A stretch of DNA of 64,000 nt. Source: Laetmonice hystrix. Its lineage: Eukaryota. Below are positions 38,557 to 49,799 of the stretch, one piece after another. The notes below the pieces were generated by a model. That model was not told the DNA's origin, searched no databases, and saw only the letters and a list, made by a program, of their open reading frames with translations. The stretch is taken from positions 23,500,001 through 23,564,000 of the forward strand of contig OZ249436.1 of assembly GCA_965235115.1 (NCBI GenBank), given 5' to 3'. The translations under genes and the position numbers were made by a program. Numbering within the stretch: position 1 is the stretch's first letter; every line of letters starts with the position of its first letter.

Positions 38557-39557
38557 TCGGGTGGGCCTAAACATTTTGGAACACTCTTTTCTTGACTGTA
38601 ACTTCTATAATTTTTAGCCCAATATCATAATATTTGGAACATGATATCATTTATTGGGGCATGTGGTACAAATTTTAGATAAATAGGTCAAAAATGTATA
38701 AAAATAAGGTCATTTTAAAAACTGCAAGTCAAAAAGTGCAATGAGGGACCAGTCGTCCTCGGCATAGTCGATCCCGCTCTGTCTGGAACACTCTTTACTT
38801 GACTATAGCTTCTACAATTTTCATAGTTTGTCACTGATATTTAGGGCATCATGTTATATGGTTAATAGCATTTTGTAGTGAAATTTTTAGGCAGGTATGC
38901 TAGAAACTCTTTATGTGGAAACAAATCAAACATCACATGTTGAAAAATGCAATGCCGGAGAGCCATGTAAGCTGAAAGGAAATAAGGTGATTGATGTGAC
39001 CCCATCCTGTTCACTGTTCACACACAGGCCTTAGCCTTTTTTCGAATATCCCGGCTGACTTCCTGACTTCTTCTAGACTAATTCCCTCCCACCTTTCCCT
39101 AATTTTCCCCTTCAGTTCGTTCTCGGCAAATTTTTGTTTGCGACCTTTATACACTTTTTCAGACAGGGAATCCCAAATGGTGTAATTCATGGGGTTTAAG
39201 TTGGGACCGGCCACCAGTTTTTGGCAGGGGGCATTTCATGCATTGACGTCACGTTATTCAGACACAGTGGCAACAACCCTGCCTTTATTGGGACACACAC
39301 CAAGAAAACTACCTCATTCAACGCGATGGGACTTAGGGCAGTTTCCCGCTTAAAAGACGTGCGGCTTCACACTAATGACCCTGGTCCGGCATTGCCATTT
39401 TTGACAAGAATTTTAAAAAATGGCCCCATTTGTAGACGTTTTGACCTATTTATCTAAGACTTGCACCACCGACTCCAAATAACCAGATCATATCATGTCC
39501 CAAATATTATGCCATTGCGGTAAAAAAAAGTGTTCCGAAATGTTTTGGCCCACCCGA
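38557..39557 (-). mobile_element. Internally deleted Tc1/mariner-superfamily transposon
   Basis: TA|TCGGGTGGGCC ... GGCCCACCCGA|TA. A minus-strand remnant at 39011-39214 (PNLNPMNYTIWDSLSEKVY...KIRERW...KRLRPVCEQ) resembles a transposase C-terminus of the SPDLNP.D..IW type. Confidence 0.8.
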
Positions 39558-39829
39558 TATATTGGAAGTCGGGGTGCCAGTAGTACATCACAGAGAGCCA
39601 ATCAAAACGATACACTTATACAAAACCATATTCCCTACATGGAGGTGACTAGACACCGGCATGATGTCAGAGGGACGCTCAGGGGTATACATCCTCTACT
39701 CCTTTACCAGCATGCCCATAAATCAGGGTAAACCATAACATCGGAATGACCGTATGTAGATATAATGGAGTTGCTTAGGGATGTACACGTCATCCAGACT
39801 AAAGTCCATCGTGTAGAATATTATTATAC

Positions 39830-40130
39830 ACATGTTTATTATCCCATTCCCCTGGAAGGGGAATGGGATTTTGAAATTGTCGATGATAGTGTACACTATT
39901 ATTATCTCATTCCCCTGGAAGGGGAATGGGATTTTGAAATTGTCGATGATAGTGTACACTATTATTATCTCATTCCCCTGGAAGGGGAATGGGATTTTGA
40001 AATTGTCGATGTTAGTGCACACTATTATTATTATTATCCCATTCCCCTGGAAGGGGAAGGGGATTTTGAAATTGTCGATGTGTACACTATTATTATTATC
40101 CCATCCCCCATGGAAGGGGATGAGATCTTA
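39830..40130. repeat. 58-bp minisatellite, about 5 units, each with a hairpin; inverted relative at ~21400-21575
   Basis: Unit TATTATC(C/T)CATTCCCCTGGAAGGGGAATGGGATTTTGAAATTGTCGATGATAGTGTACAC. Confidence 0.9.
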
Positions 40131-40320
40131 TAGTTGTATGGTTTCGTCTTCCGTATTATTACTATTCCTGTAAGTAGTAGTTGTAGTAGTTGCATTTGTG
40201 CATACAGCTCAGTCATTTATAAAGATATCCAAATGAAACTTGGCAGGAACATTCACCATGGGAGAGAGAATCGACCCATATAATTATTACGTCATATAAC
40301 GTCACGTAATAACGTCATAA

Positions 40321-41162
40321 CATTCCACTTAGGCCGATCGACCCCGATCTGGAGAACGGGAACAATCGTATTTAGAACGATTCTGGAACGGGGCCAGATC
40401 GGGATGATCGTAAATGGAACTCCTTCGATCATGGTCGGTCGGGGAGATCAAATAGATCGGGACGGAATTTTGAACATGTTCAAAATTTCGTCCCGATCTA
40501 TACGATCTGAACTGATCATGAATACAGCGTGAATGCAGCGTAGTCCGATCGGAATGATCGTACTTAGAACGGCTTGGTCGTAGTTAGAACGGATTGATCG
40601 TGATGACAGCGTCGTTGCAGCGGGAAGATTATGTTGTCCCGTTTCGACGACGATCGTTACCGATCGGTCCCGCTTCAATGCCGATCCATGTTGATCCATG
40701 GCTGTCTTCGACGATACTGATGATCGTAGCAAATCGGGGCCTATATTTATATGGATTGCGACCTGAAATCTGCTTTTTAGTCGGGTTAAAGACAGGAATG
40801 GAGCGTAGTTACATCGGTTTGGTCGGGAATGACGTAGTTGAAACGGCAACAGATCGGCACCATCGGCGTTGGATCAGTTTTCAATCGGCGGCGATCGGGA
40901 ACTGCAGCGTGGTTACAGCGTACGCGAGCGGCAACACAGCGGCTCCAAACGGCTTCGATCGGGTCTTCAGGGAACTGACCTACCCACGATGAGCGTGGTT
41001 ACAGCGTATTGATCGTAATCGGAGCGTACTTAAAACGTACTTAGGACGTGGATACAGCGTAGATGACCTTTTTTGGGCCAAAGTGTCCCGATCGCTCCCG
41101 ACCTGGGCATCGGGGCTAATCGGGGCCAATCAGGGCCGATTGGCCTAAGTGGAATGGGGGCA
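40321..41162. mobile_element. Harbinger-like MITE family B, copy 2 (left tip clipped)
   Basis: Colinear with 16772-17653. Confidence 0.8.
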
Positions 41163-44100
41163 TAAAGTAACAATTTGCCATGAGCCTGGAACTAAACCCG
41201 TATGGCCCTTCGTAGCCTCATAGGTGTGCACTGTTAATAGTTAGGCTAATGTTGTCACTTTAGGCCAGTTGTCAGTTTCCTGTCAGACCTGACCAAATAG
41301 TTGTCAACAGTGCCTGGAATTGCGACCGCACTAGGGGCCACAGCTAGCACGTGCTAGTGTTTTTTAAACACATGGCCATATGCAAGTACATCTGTTATAA
41401 AGTGCATAGAGTCAGGTATACTACTGATTGTTCTATTCTTTTTCTCGAAAACCGTGTGCCTCAGGATCTAAAACTTCAAAACTCAAGCGAGGACTCTACT
41501 GAGTTAGCAAATACCGAAAAGAAATGTTAGCAAGGGTGAATACATCTGTTCTAAAACTGTAATTGGACACATTGAACTGTTAAGTTGTATGTGTAATGCT
41601 ATCATTTATGTATACATGTAATACTAAATTATATAGGAAAGCATTTGTCAGTGTCAATTGTGATGTGCCCAGACAAAATTAAGTGCCGGGCGGTAGTTTT
41701 TCGCTAGCACCGAAGGCGCAAGGCCCCTGGCTAGGGCCGAGAGAGAGTTACGTAAGTGCTGGTGATAAGGGCCGGCCGGACGGTTGTAATTACTCTTCCC
41801 TTCCTCCCAGTCAGGGTGGGGTTGGAGGAATGCGATTGTGTATTCAGATGTGTATTCAATGTGTATTCAATGCCTTTGAACTGTAGGTGTAACTGGCTAA
41901 TGCATTTGTTTTTTGAATCTGACATATGGAGAGCTGAAAAAATCAATACAATTGATTGTTGGCTGTGGAGTTCAAGTGACACGACAAACTTTAAATTAAT
42001 AAGGTCAGCTGCACTTAATTGCTTTCAGCCTGAGCCAACAGTCTATTGTGGATGACATTCGCATCTATTGTCCTTGCAGTATCCTGCGGATCTCAATAAG
42101 TGAGACTCCTCCCCTTGCCTCAAATATTAGTAGGGAGCGTGCTATGGGGGTGATAACATATCATTTGATATTTTATCCATTTAACCTGTTGTAGGGTAGG
42201 CACAGCTTGAGGTTTCTTGTGGTATATTATCTATTGTACGTTTGTCTCGGCTTCGACCACTATGCACCACTGAACAAGCGCATATAACACATGATGACAT
42301 GGCAGCAGGGCAGAAGCTGTCAATCATAGAAGCCGGTCAAAGGATGGCCAGCTAATTGGCCGTGGGCAACGTGCCAATGACGGCCCGCCCGCCAGTGACC
42401 ATTGTCCATCCTTTTAGACTGGGACGGGGAAACCCGTGAAGGAGGGGACATAATAGGGGCACCAATAGAAAGTCTAGGGAAGAAGGAGGAGAGAAAGGAT
42501 ACTATAGTTGACGATGAGGAACATTTAGACATTGACCGCGTGGTGCATATTAGATGGGTCGAAGAAGACATTATGTGCCTTATTGTTTCAAAACTCAAGA
42601 AACGACTCTACTAACTTATTCTCCCAACTACCAAAAACAAATGTGAACGGAATATAGCTGTAGGAAAGAAAAAATAGCTATAGGAAAGAAAAATTTGATT
42701 GCCGGGCGTAGTCTTGCGCTAGCACCGAAGGGCCCGCCTGGCGCTGGCCGGCCCGCCTGGCGCTGGTCGGCGTGGGCACATCCCTCTATATATCCCCACT
42801 CTTTCTTTTTGAAGAATTGGCAAAAGTTATTGTTAGGCTAACTCAAAATACAGCTACGGGCCCAGAATTTTCGACAGAGGGGTCTCGGAAATCGAAATGA
42901 AAATGAAAATCGATGTTGATAGATCGACAATATTATTGAAACAGCTATAACTCTGAAAGGGGGCCAGGTAGAGCTATGGTTACTATTGAAGCCATAATAG
43001 GAACATGTTCTTTCAAAAGATACCAAAATCTATTATGTAGGGCGACGTATTACGTGACAATGACGTCACTGATAGATGACCAATATTAATTATTGAGGTA
43101 ATAATATGCTCTTTCGATCTACGGGCCTATCGATGACATGGAGGTAGTCTAACATGATAATGGATCTATGATTTTCATTGCCAGGGGATGGGATACAAGA
43201 TGTTGGACCTAGCCACATCCACGCTAGTTATACCTGTTGTAGTTGTAGTAGTAACAATGTTCGATTCCTCAGTTGTTTCTTACAGGGTGAGTCAAGAAAA
43301 GACTGTACACTTTGAAAATGGCTATTGTCTTAAAATGTACCAATATTATACTGGGGAAAAAAATTACGCAACAGCATTCAAAGCCAAATATCTCTTCACA
43401 GAGCATCGGTCAAACGAATGGTGCGACTTTGGGATGATCATTGTGTATCTTCGCCGATAATCGGCGAAGGTGCACCGGAGCTACCCCGAATTTGAAACAC
43501 CATCGGGGAATATCCCCGTAGATTAGGGGAAGCATCGGTGAGTACTTGCGAACCATCCCTGGTGCCTCCCCAACAACCCTTCCCCGAGGCACCAGGGATG
43601 GTTCGCAGTTGAATAACATTACGACCCAGGCACCTGATAATTCCTAACCATTCCAACCAGCTATGCACATGCATGTGTTAGGTGGCATTCAGGTTTCATA
43701 TTGATAATAAAAAATATTTTCTAAATGGACATTACCCCTTTTTCGTCCCGGTACATTGACCCTGGGATGTGTTACTATTGACATCCGTTCTCTCGTTTCA
43801 GCTATTTTGGTCTGCATAATATAGGAAACATTGAGGTATGTGTCGATATAATTGGAGGCCCTCTACTTCAGTGGGGCTTTTAGTGAACACCAATAATATG
43901 AAAAATGTTACAATTATCCCCGGTCTCCCCTACTTTTCAATTTAAGTATCCACGTTACGTATTTTCGCAAATTGCCAGTTTTATATTTCATAATGGGAAG
44001 TTAGCGCAGACCCTTATAAGATAGGTGCGCGTTAATTCAACAACTTTAGAGCCAGACAACGTGCGCTATGAACGCATAGTGCGTTGCGTTATTAGTTATG

Positions 44101-44698
44101 CAACACATAACCTCAAATGAGGCTATTTGCGCATCTGCGTTAATAACGCAGCTGCGTTATTAGTTATGAAACGGGGCCCTGGTTTATACCCGGGGTCAGG
44201 TCAAGGGTCACTCAAACGGCAGTACCCAGGGTGTGGCAGAGGTTGAATGAAGTGAACGATCTCTGTCCGGAGAGTGCTGCCAGCCAGTACCTGGCCTAAC
44301 ATAGTGGATGCGTCTGGTAGGCAGGGCACCAGGCTACGACAGCAAAACATCGTTCCAGCAAGAAATCAACGATGGGCTTTATGCAACAGAATCTACGCCA
44401 TGTCGTTACCATTGTCTTTAGGTCAAGAAACATCTACCCATTTTTCGTTCTTGTACAGTCGTTGATTATGCAATAGGCCCCTGGGGTGTCAAAGATCTGC
44501 CAGGAGCTCATCTCATGCTTTTGCAAGAAACTTATGCAGCAAGAGGCCCAAATGCAAGAGGGTACAGCCAGCATGCACAGCACTTTGTGCTTGTAATGGG
44601 GTGTGCTCGCAGAACTAAACAATTTTGCCATAATAAATGTTAATTTTCCATGTAATTGAAATATATATGTTAATTAGCATGAAAAGTTTCCTTATACA

Positions 44699-44987
44699 CA
44701 TGGGTGTAGACAAGTTTATAAATTGGGGGGGGGGGGGGGCTAAGAGGTGCAGCAGCTAGCATTAGCCAGTTATGCGCCAGGGTCCGGGGTCCTCCCAGAT
44801 TTTTTTTTAAAATTTGGAAGGCCATAAACGCCATTTCACGGCATAAGATCATACTTACAATTATTTGACTTTATTGCCTCGGCTTTGCGCTTCCTTTTAC
44901 TTTCTCTTCGAGTCCTTCCTAAACATTTGGGGGGAGGGGGTAACCCCAGCCCCCTCCCGCCCCCCCCCCCCATTGTTTACGCCCATG
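44699..44987. mobile_element. hAT-like MITE with 5-bp TSD
   Basis: ATACA|CATGGGTGTAGACAA ... TTGTTTACGCCCATG|ATACA. Confidence 0.7.
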
Positions 44988-45385
44988 ATACATGCAATTA
45001 ACATCTATGATGAGGATGTTTGGCATGTGTGCGTCCCAAAACATTGATTTTAACTTCGAAACTTTTTTGCTCTACTGGGTGTCCAGTGGATAGTCATTTT
45101 GGGAAATGGCCGCTGCAGGCAGGAGGCAGTCGGGCGATGGCCCACCCAAGTCCGCTGGGCTACCTCTGTGCCAAATTGGATGCTTTTATAAAAAAAAAAG
45201 CACAATATGCAATATGTTAGGGTAATCGCTCCACTATAGGCCCTATAGCCTTCATGCCTTCCCATTGAGCTGTATCATTTGCGCCCTGTTATGTCTGCCC
45301 CCCCCCCCCCCGATGATCAACTGCTAGGAAACCATGTACAAACCCTTTCTGTAATTTTATGTCTGTTTTTAGAACAAGTCATTAA

Positions 45386-45831
45386 AGGGAGGGAAAACCC
45401 ACACGGCAAATAAGGTTTCGTAGACCAAATGAAACACCAGCATTTACCTCAGGGCAATAAATGCCACAATTACGTTGTCTGAATGAAGTAATTAACGTGT
45501 AACCGCCCGATGGGTGACGCCGCTGGTTCTTACCTTGACCTGCTTGTGTGCTCATCAGAGCCGAATGCTGCACACCACGGCATATTGCGTAAAGTTACCT
45601 GTTACTCACGGACCTTGTCTACACGATGTTTGGTGTCCCAACGTTTGTAAACGTCCGGGGTGATGAACATACAAGCAGGGCAAGGTAAGAACCAGCGGCG
45701 TCACACATCGGGCAGTTACACGTTAATTACTTCATTCAGACAACGGAATTGGGGCATTTTTTGCCCTAAGGTAAATGCTGGTGTTTTATTTGGTCTACGA
45801 AACCTTATTTGCCGTGTGAGTTTCCGTCCCT
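45386..45831. mobile_element. Kolobok-like foldback MITE K2, intact copy
   Basis: TTAA on both sides and ~160-bp inverted arms; ends ~110 bp upstream of collagen exon 5. Confidence 0.85.
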
Positions 45832-45940
45832 TTAAGCGGTCGAATAAGCCTATTAAGTATGTGCGGAGTTACTTCCTAGTACCATCTTTGGAGGCTCAAT
45901 TCTTATCATGACATTGGCCTCTTCTATTACTGCCCTCTAG

Positions 45941-46048
45941 GTCCGTTCGGTACACCAGGCAGAGATGGCACCCCGGGGTCAACTGGGGTCCCGGGGTCAC
46001 GTGGTCTGCCTGGACCAGATGGCCCTCAAGGAGCGACCGGAGTGCCAG
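45941..46048 (+). CDS. Collagen exon 5 (108 nt)
   Basis: Acceptor CCCTCTAG. Reads GPFGTPGRDGTPGSTGVPGSRGLPGPDGPQGATGVP; donor G|GTGTGT. Missing from the ORF track. Confidence 0.88.
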
Positions 46049-46576
46049 GTGTGTGACGTCAAAATAAGCAGACGATGACCATGAACGCCATGTTTATATT
46101 ATTTTGATGAATACGTTATTAGTAGATATTTTGCCTGTTGTACATTATAAAGGCAATAATTGTTTTTCCTAACTTGGTTCTACTCTGTCTGTTCTCCTAT
46201 ATGTGGCGGGAAAGTTAACATAATGACTCAAAATTTGTAACAGAAAAATATGTACATCAGCATGTAGGCCTCATAATATTGCAACTTTATGTTTATGATA
46301 ATTTCTTAATGACACTAAGGACGCATTTTTAAACGACTCCTGTTTATTTCACATTACGTAAAGAGAGACTGTGTTTTTCACGCAGTAGAAAAAACATACA
46401 AATCATCAGCTGAGTATGATGATATGATTGGAAGCAGGCCATTGCCATATACACATGTTACTATACCCATCGGGAACACAGGATCTGGTTTCGTTTGAGC
46501 CCAGTGAAATTTTAAGAAGCACATGGACTTCATCAAATTGTCACGTGGATTTATTTTCTGCCTGATATAATTGAAG

Positions 46577-46720
46577 GTGTTGGGGGCCTCCCTGGTGGGC
46601 CTGGCAATAACGGACCCCGTGGCCCCCCTGGATCACCAGGTGGGAACGGTGAACAGGGACGACGAGGTGTACCGGGTTCAGAAGGACGGCCGGGCGTTGA
46701 CGGCTTCCCAGGGCAAACAG
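46577..46720 (+). CDS. Collagen exon 6 (144 nt)
   Basis: AAG acceptor; 16 triplets GVGGLPGGP...GFPGQT; donor G|GTTGGT. Confidence 0.85.
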
Positions 46721-47059
46721 GTTGGTCAACTCTTTATATACGGCGGCCACACCAGGCCGTTCATTTCACGTGTCATGGTCTCACTTTGATATTGTGCGAT
46801 ACGGGAGTTTTATTTTGTTGGTATAGCGACAATTGTTTGAACAGCATTTAATATGCGAAAATCCAAAAATCATTACATGTAGGTCCCCAAAATGAAACGT
46901 TGCACAAAATATAATCCACATACACTCATTGCCAAAACGTAAAGGATTAGTAGTAATCCTACTGTTGGTTAGTAGATAAATTACTTTAAAGATAATTTGT
47001 ATATGGAGTTCACTCTGGTGGAATTAAAAATTTAATTGACAACTAATTGTATATATATA

Positions 47060-47903
47060 TCGGGTGGATAAAAAAACGCCCCGAACTTTAAACTTTAATA
47101 TCTCAAAAACTATGCATTATAATTCAATAAAATTTCTCTTGCTATCACTTCATGATATTATCTCTGGTATGTTAAAGTCCCAGCTCAATAGCTTTGATAT
47201 TAATCCCGTTAAAAACAAAAATCAGTGTCTAAAAACGCAATGCCGGAATTAGGTCAAATATCATGCAGCTGCCAGGTGTCCAATTTGACACCTGTTTGAT
47301 GCACCGCATTGTACCTTGGGTAAAAAAAACAATATTTAGTTTTTGCATGCTTTACAATATGTATAATGTTGTTGACCACTAGATATAATAAAATATGTGC
47401 TATTCCTAGTACTTTTAGAGAAAACAGATGTTTAATGTGCCAAACCCTACAGAGAAACTGCAACATTAGGATGATATGACTGTAACGAGAAGTTCAAGGG
47501 AAATCGTATCATTATCACAATTGGCAACACATTCAGAACGTTGCGTATTTCCCAATGTTGGGAAGATATTTCCCTATCAGATATCGGGAAGTGCATTGGC
47601 TCATGGAAAAAGAGACTGAGAGCAGTATAGAGTGAAAACGGGGGACCGATTGACCACCTACTCTACTGTGAGGCCAGGGACTCTGGGTGCGGCTACAACT
47701 CGCTTTAGCCCGGCATTGCGCTTTTGTACAATGATTTTTGTTTTTAGCCCCACAGAAATATTATCCAAGCTATTGAGTTGTAACATTAAGAACTAAGAGA
47801 CAACATCGTGAAGTGATATTAAGAAAAAATTCATTGAATTACAATCATTACTTTTTGAAATATTGAAGTTTAAAGTTCGGGGCGTTTTTTTTTATCCACC
47901 CGA
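47060..47903. mobile_element. Tc1/mariner-type MITE inserted into a DIRS ITR
   Basis: TA|TCGGGTGGATAAAAAAACGCCCCGAACTTTAAACTT with an inverted copy ending at 47903|TA; absent from the other ITR. Confidence 0.85.
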
Positions 47904-48103
47904 TATATCTTGCCACTGATAATGATCAGTGGTCAACACCTAGCGGTCAGTGGACCGCCACTACTCCAGCGCCCTCTGGTGGGTCAAAGGTCATTGACCC
48001 TGAGGGTCAAAGGTCATTGGCCCTACACCCTATCAATCACTGTAGTGACGCCAGCATAACGCGAACAGTGGGGAGGCGGGAGGGAATCCATGTTATGGTG
48101 GTA

Positions 48104-48197
48104 AGTAATTTATCTACTAACCAACAGTAGGATTACTACTAATCCTTTACAGTTGGTGTCGCAGATGAAATTACTTACCACCATAACTAAATGAGAT
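48104..48197. other. DIRS internal complementary region (ICR)
   Basis: 48104-48150 is the exact reverse complement of 46939-46985; 48152-48197 is the reverse complement of 59679-59724 with 2 mismatches. Confidence 0.9.
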
Positions 48198-49046
48198 GAT
48201 TGCTAAGCTCGGAAGGAGGGTTTGCGTAATGATTATCAGGTTCTAATCACCCGAAATGTAGTTGTCCGGGTGAAGAACTGCCTTTGTGACCCATGCCAGG
48301 TCTGGACTGGGGCTCAACTACAACTCCCCCCACCAACTTTTTTGGGCAATCTCAGTGTTCCTAGACAGTGAGATAGTGTATAAGGTGCAACCATTACCTT
48401 GAGAGTTTTCAACTTACCAAAATAGTGTTTAGTTAAGATTCAAGTGAGACACGCCACCTCACTGTCACTGATGAGTTCCAATTTCCCGATTATTCCATGA
48501 CACGTGAACTGCACACAACACTAGCATCCAGAATGAATGCCGATTAATACTCTTATTCATCTAACTGCACTTTTGGGACTCCACTTAAATGAAAACTAAG
48601 CTCGTGGGTTGACTATTGTCTGAGCCACGACTAGAGTTCCCAAGCTGTATAAGCTGTCTGTCTGTTGGCCCATCTGGCGCAAATATATAACTTTGTGAAA
48701 ATTGTCTCACCTCTCCAAAAGGCTGATGTCAACAATAGGTATCCCATAGAAATAGGCCCAAGATGCAGAAAATTGTGACTGGAGAGACGTCACCTAATTT
48801 CCTATTATCATAAGAAATGAGAAGTCGAGATGTTCCTTCTCTGATACTTTTCGTTGCATACAGCTACACTCTTAACGCCCTAACGCGACAGAGCACACAT
48901 TCTTGACCCTTTGTTTCCTTGATTCTTGATTCTTGATCTTTATCGGGACGATGACTGGCAGAACAATCTCAAAGGGAGATTGTGACGGGTCTTGATTCTT
49001 TGTCAGAAATTCCGGTACAAAGAACAATCATACCCAAGTACCCAAA

Positions 49047-49766
49047 GTGGAGGCCTTGATTGGGTCCAAGGATGCTCTATCACCGGATGACAACAAAATC
49101 AGCCAGGTTGTGGAGGAGACTGCCAACCTCATTGTGGCAGGGGTAACCGACCGCTTGGACGGTCTTGTACCTCAGAGTCAACAACAAATGAAAGCAACAT
49201 ATAGTGAAGTTGTTAGTGGTGTCTCCAGAATAACCGGTGTTGTCACCAGAACGTCCAAACTTCCATCAAGTGTATCGGGCGACGCAGAGGCGGGTCCTTC
49301 GAGGACTTACTGCAGCCAGATTACAGTAGAGGAGTATCTTGACAGAGAAAAGCGCAAGCTAAACCTAGTAGTCCATGGTTTACCAGAGAGTAGTGACGCT
49401 AAGCAGGATGAGGGGCGGTTCCTGGGCCTAGTCAAGGACGAATTTGACATAGACAACCTTGAGATCAACAAGGTCTTCAGGATTGGCCGGAAAGTTGACG
49501 ACAAGACGAGACCTTTGCTGGTCCAACACCCAGACATTGACACGAAAAGGCAGATCCTTAGGCATTCTAAATCGATAAGGAGTAGGGAGGCCTGGAGTAA
49601 TGTTTACATTTCACCAGACATAACATTGATGGAACGTGAGGAAGGGAAGAAGCTGAGAGATGAGCTCCGTAGGAGGAGGAATGATGGGGAAGAAGTCATC
49701 ATTAGGAGAGGCAAAATAGTGCCCGCCACGGCTCAGAAAAATGCCGGCGAACCAGGACAGCACTGA
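49047..49766 (+). pseudogene. LINE ORF1 (C-terminal part open)
   Basis: DREKRKLNLVVHGLPES, VFRIGRK, RPLLV and VYISPDITLMERE motifs typical of CR1/L2-group ORF1. Confidence 0.8.
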
Positions 49767-49799
49767 CTGAATAAGCAAAGCCGCACGGATAATAGGGAG

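Noticed and set aside
39765..40173. CRISPR-like array of palindromic repeats, and repetitive ORFs over it
   Set aside because: The sequence between hairpins is also repeated, so there are no unique spacers. There are no cas genes and the context is a eukaryotic intron. It is a minisatellite.
41683..42735. ~35-bp direct repeats (TGCCGGGCG...GCTAGCACCGAAGG) 1 kb apart as LTRs
   Set aside because: They are too short, lack TG...CA ends and a TSD, and enclose no coding sequence; left unclassified.
48300..48830. DIRS tyrosine-recombinase coding remnant as a separate feature
   Set aside because: The position fits and a weak HYL-like motif is visible on the minus strand, but it is too decayed to support without a frameshift-aware search.
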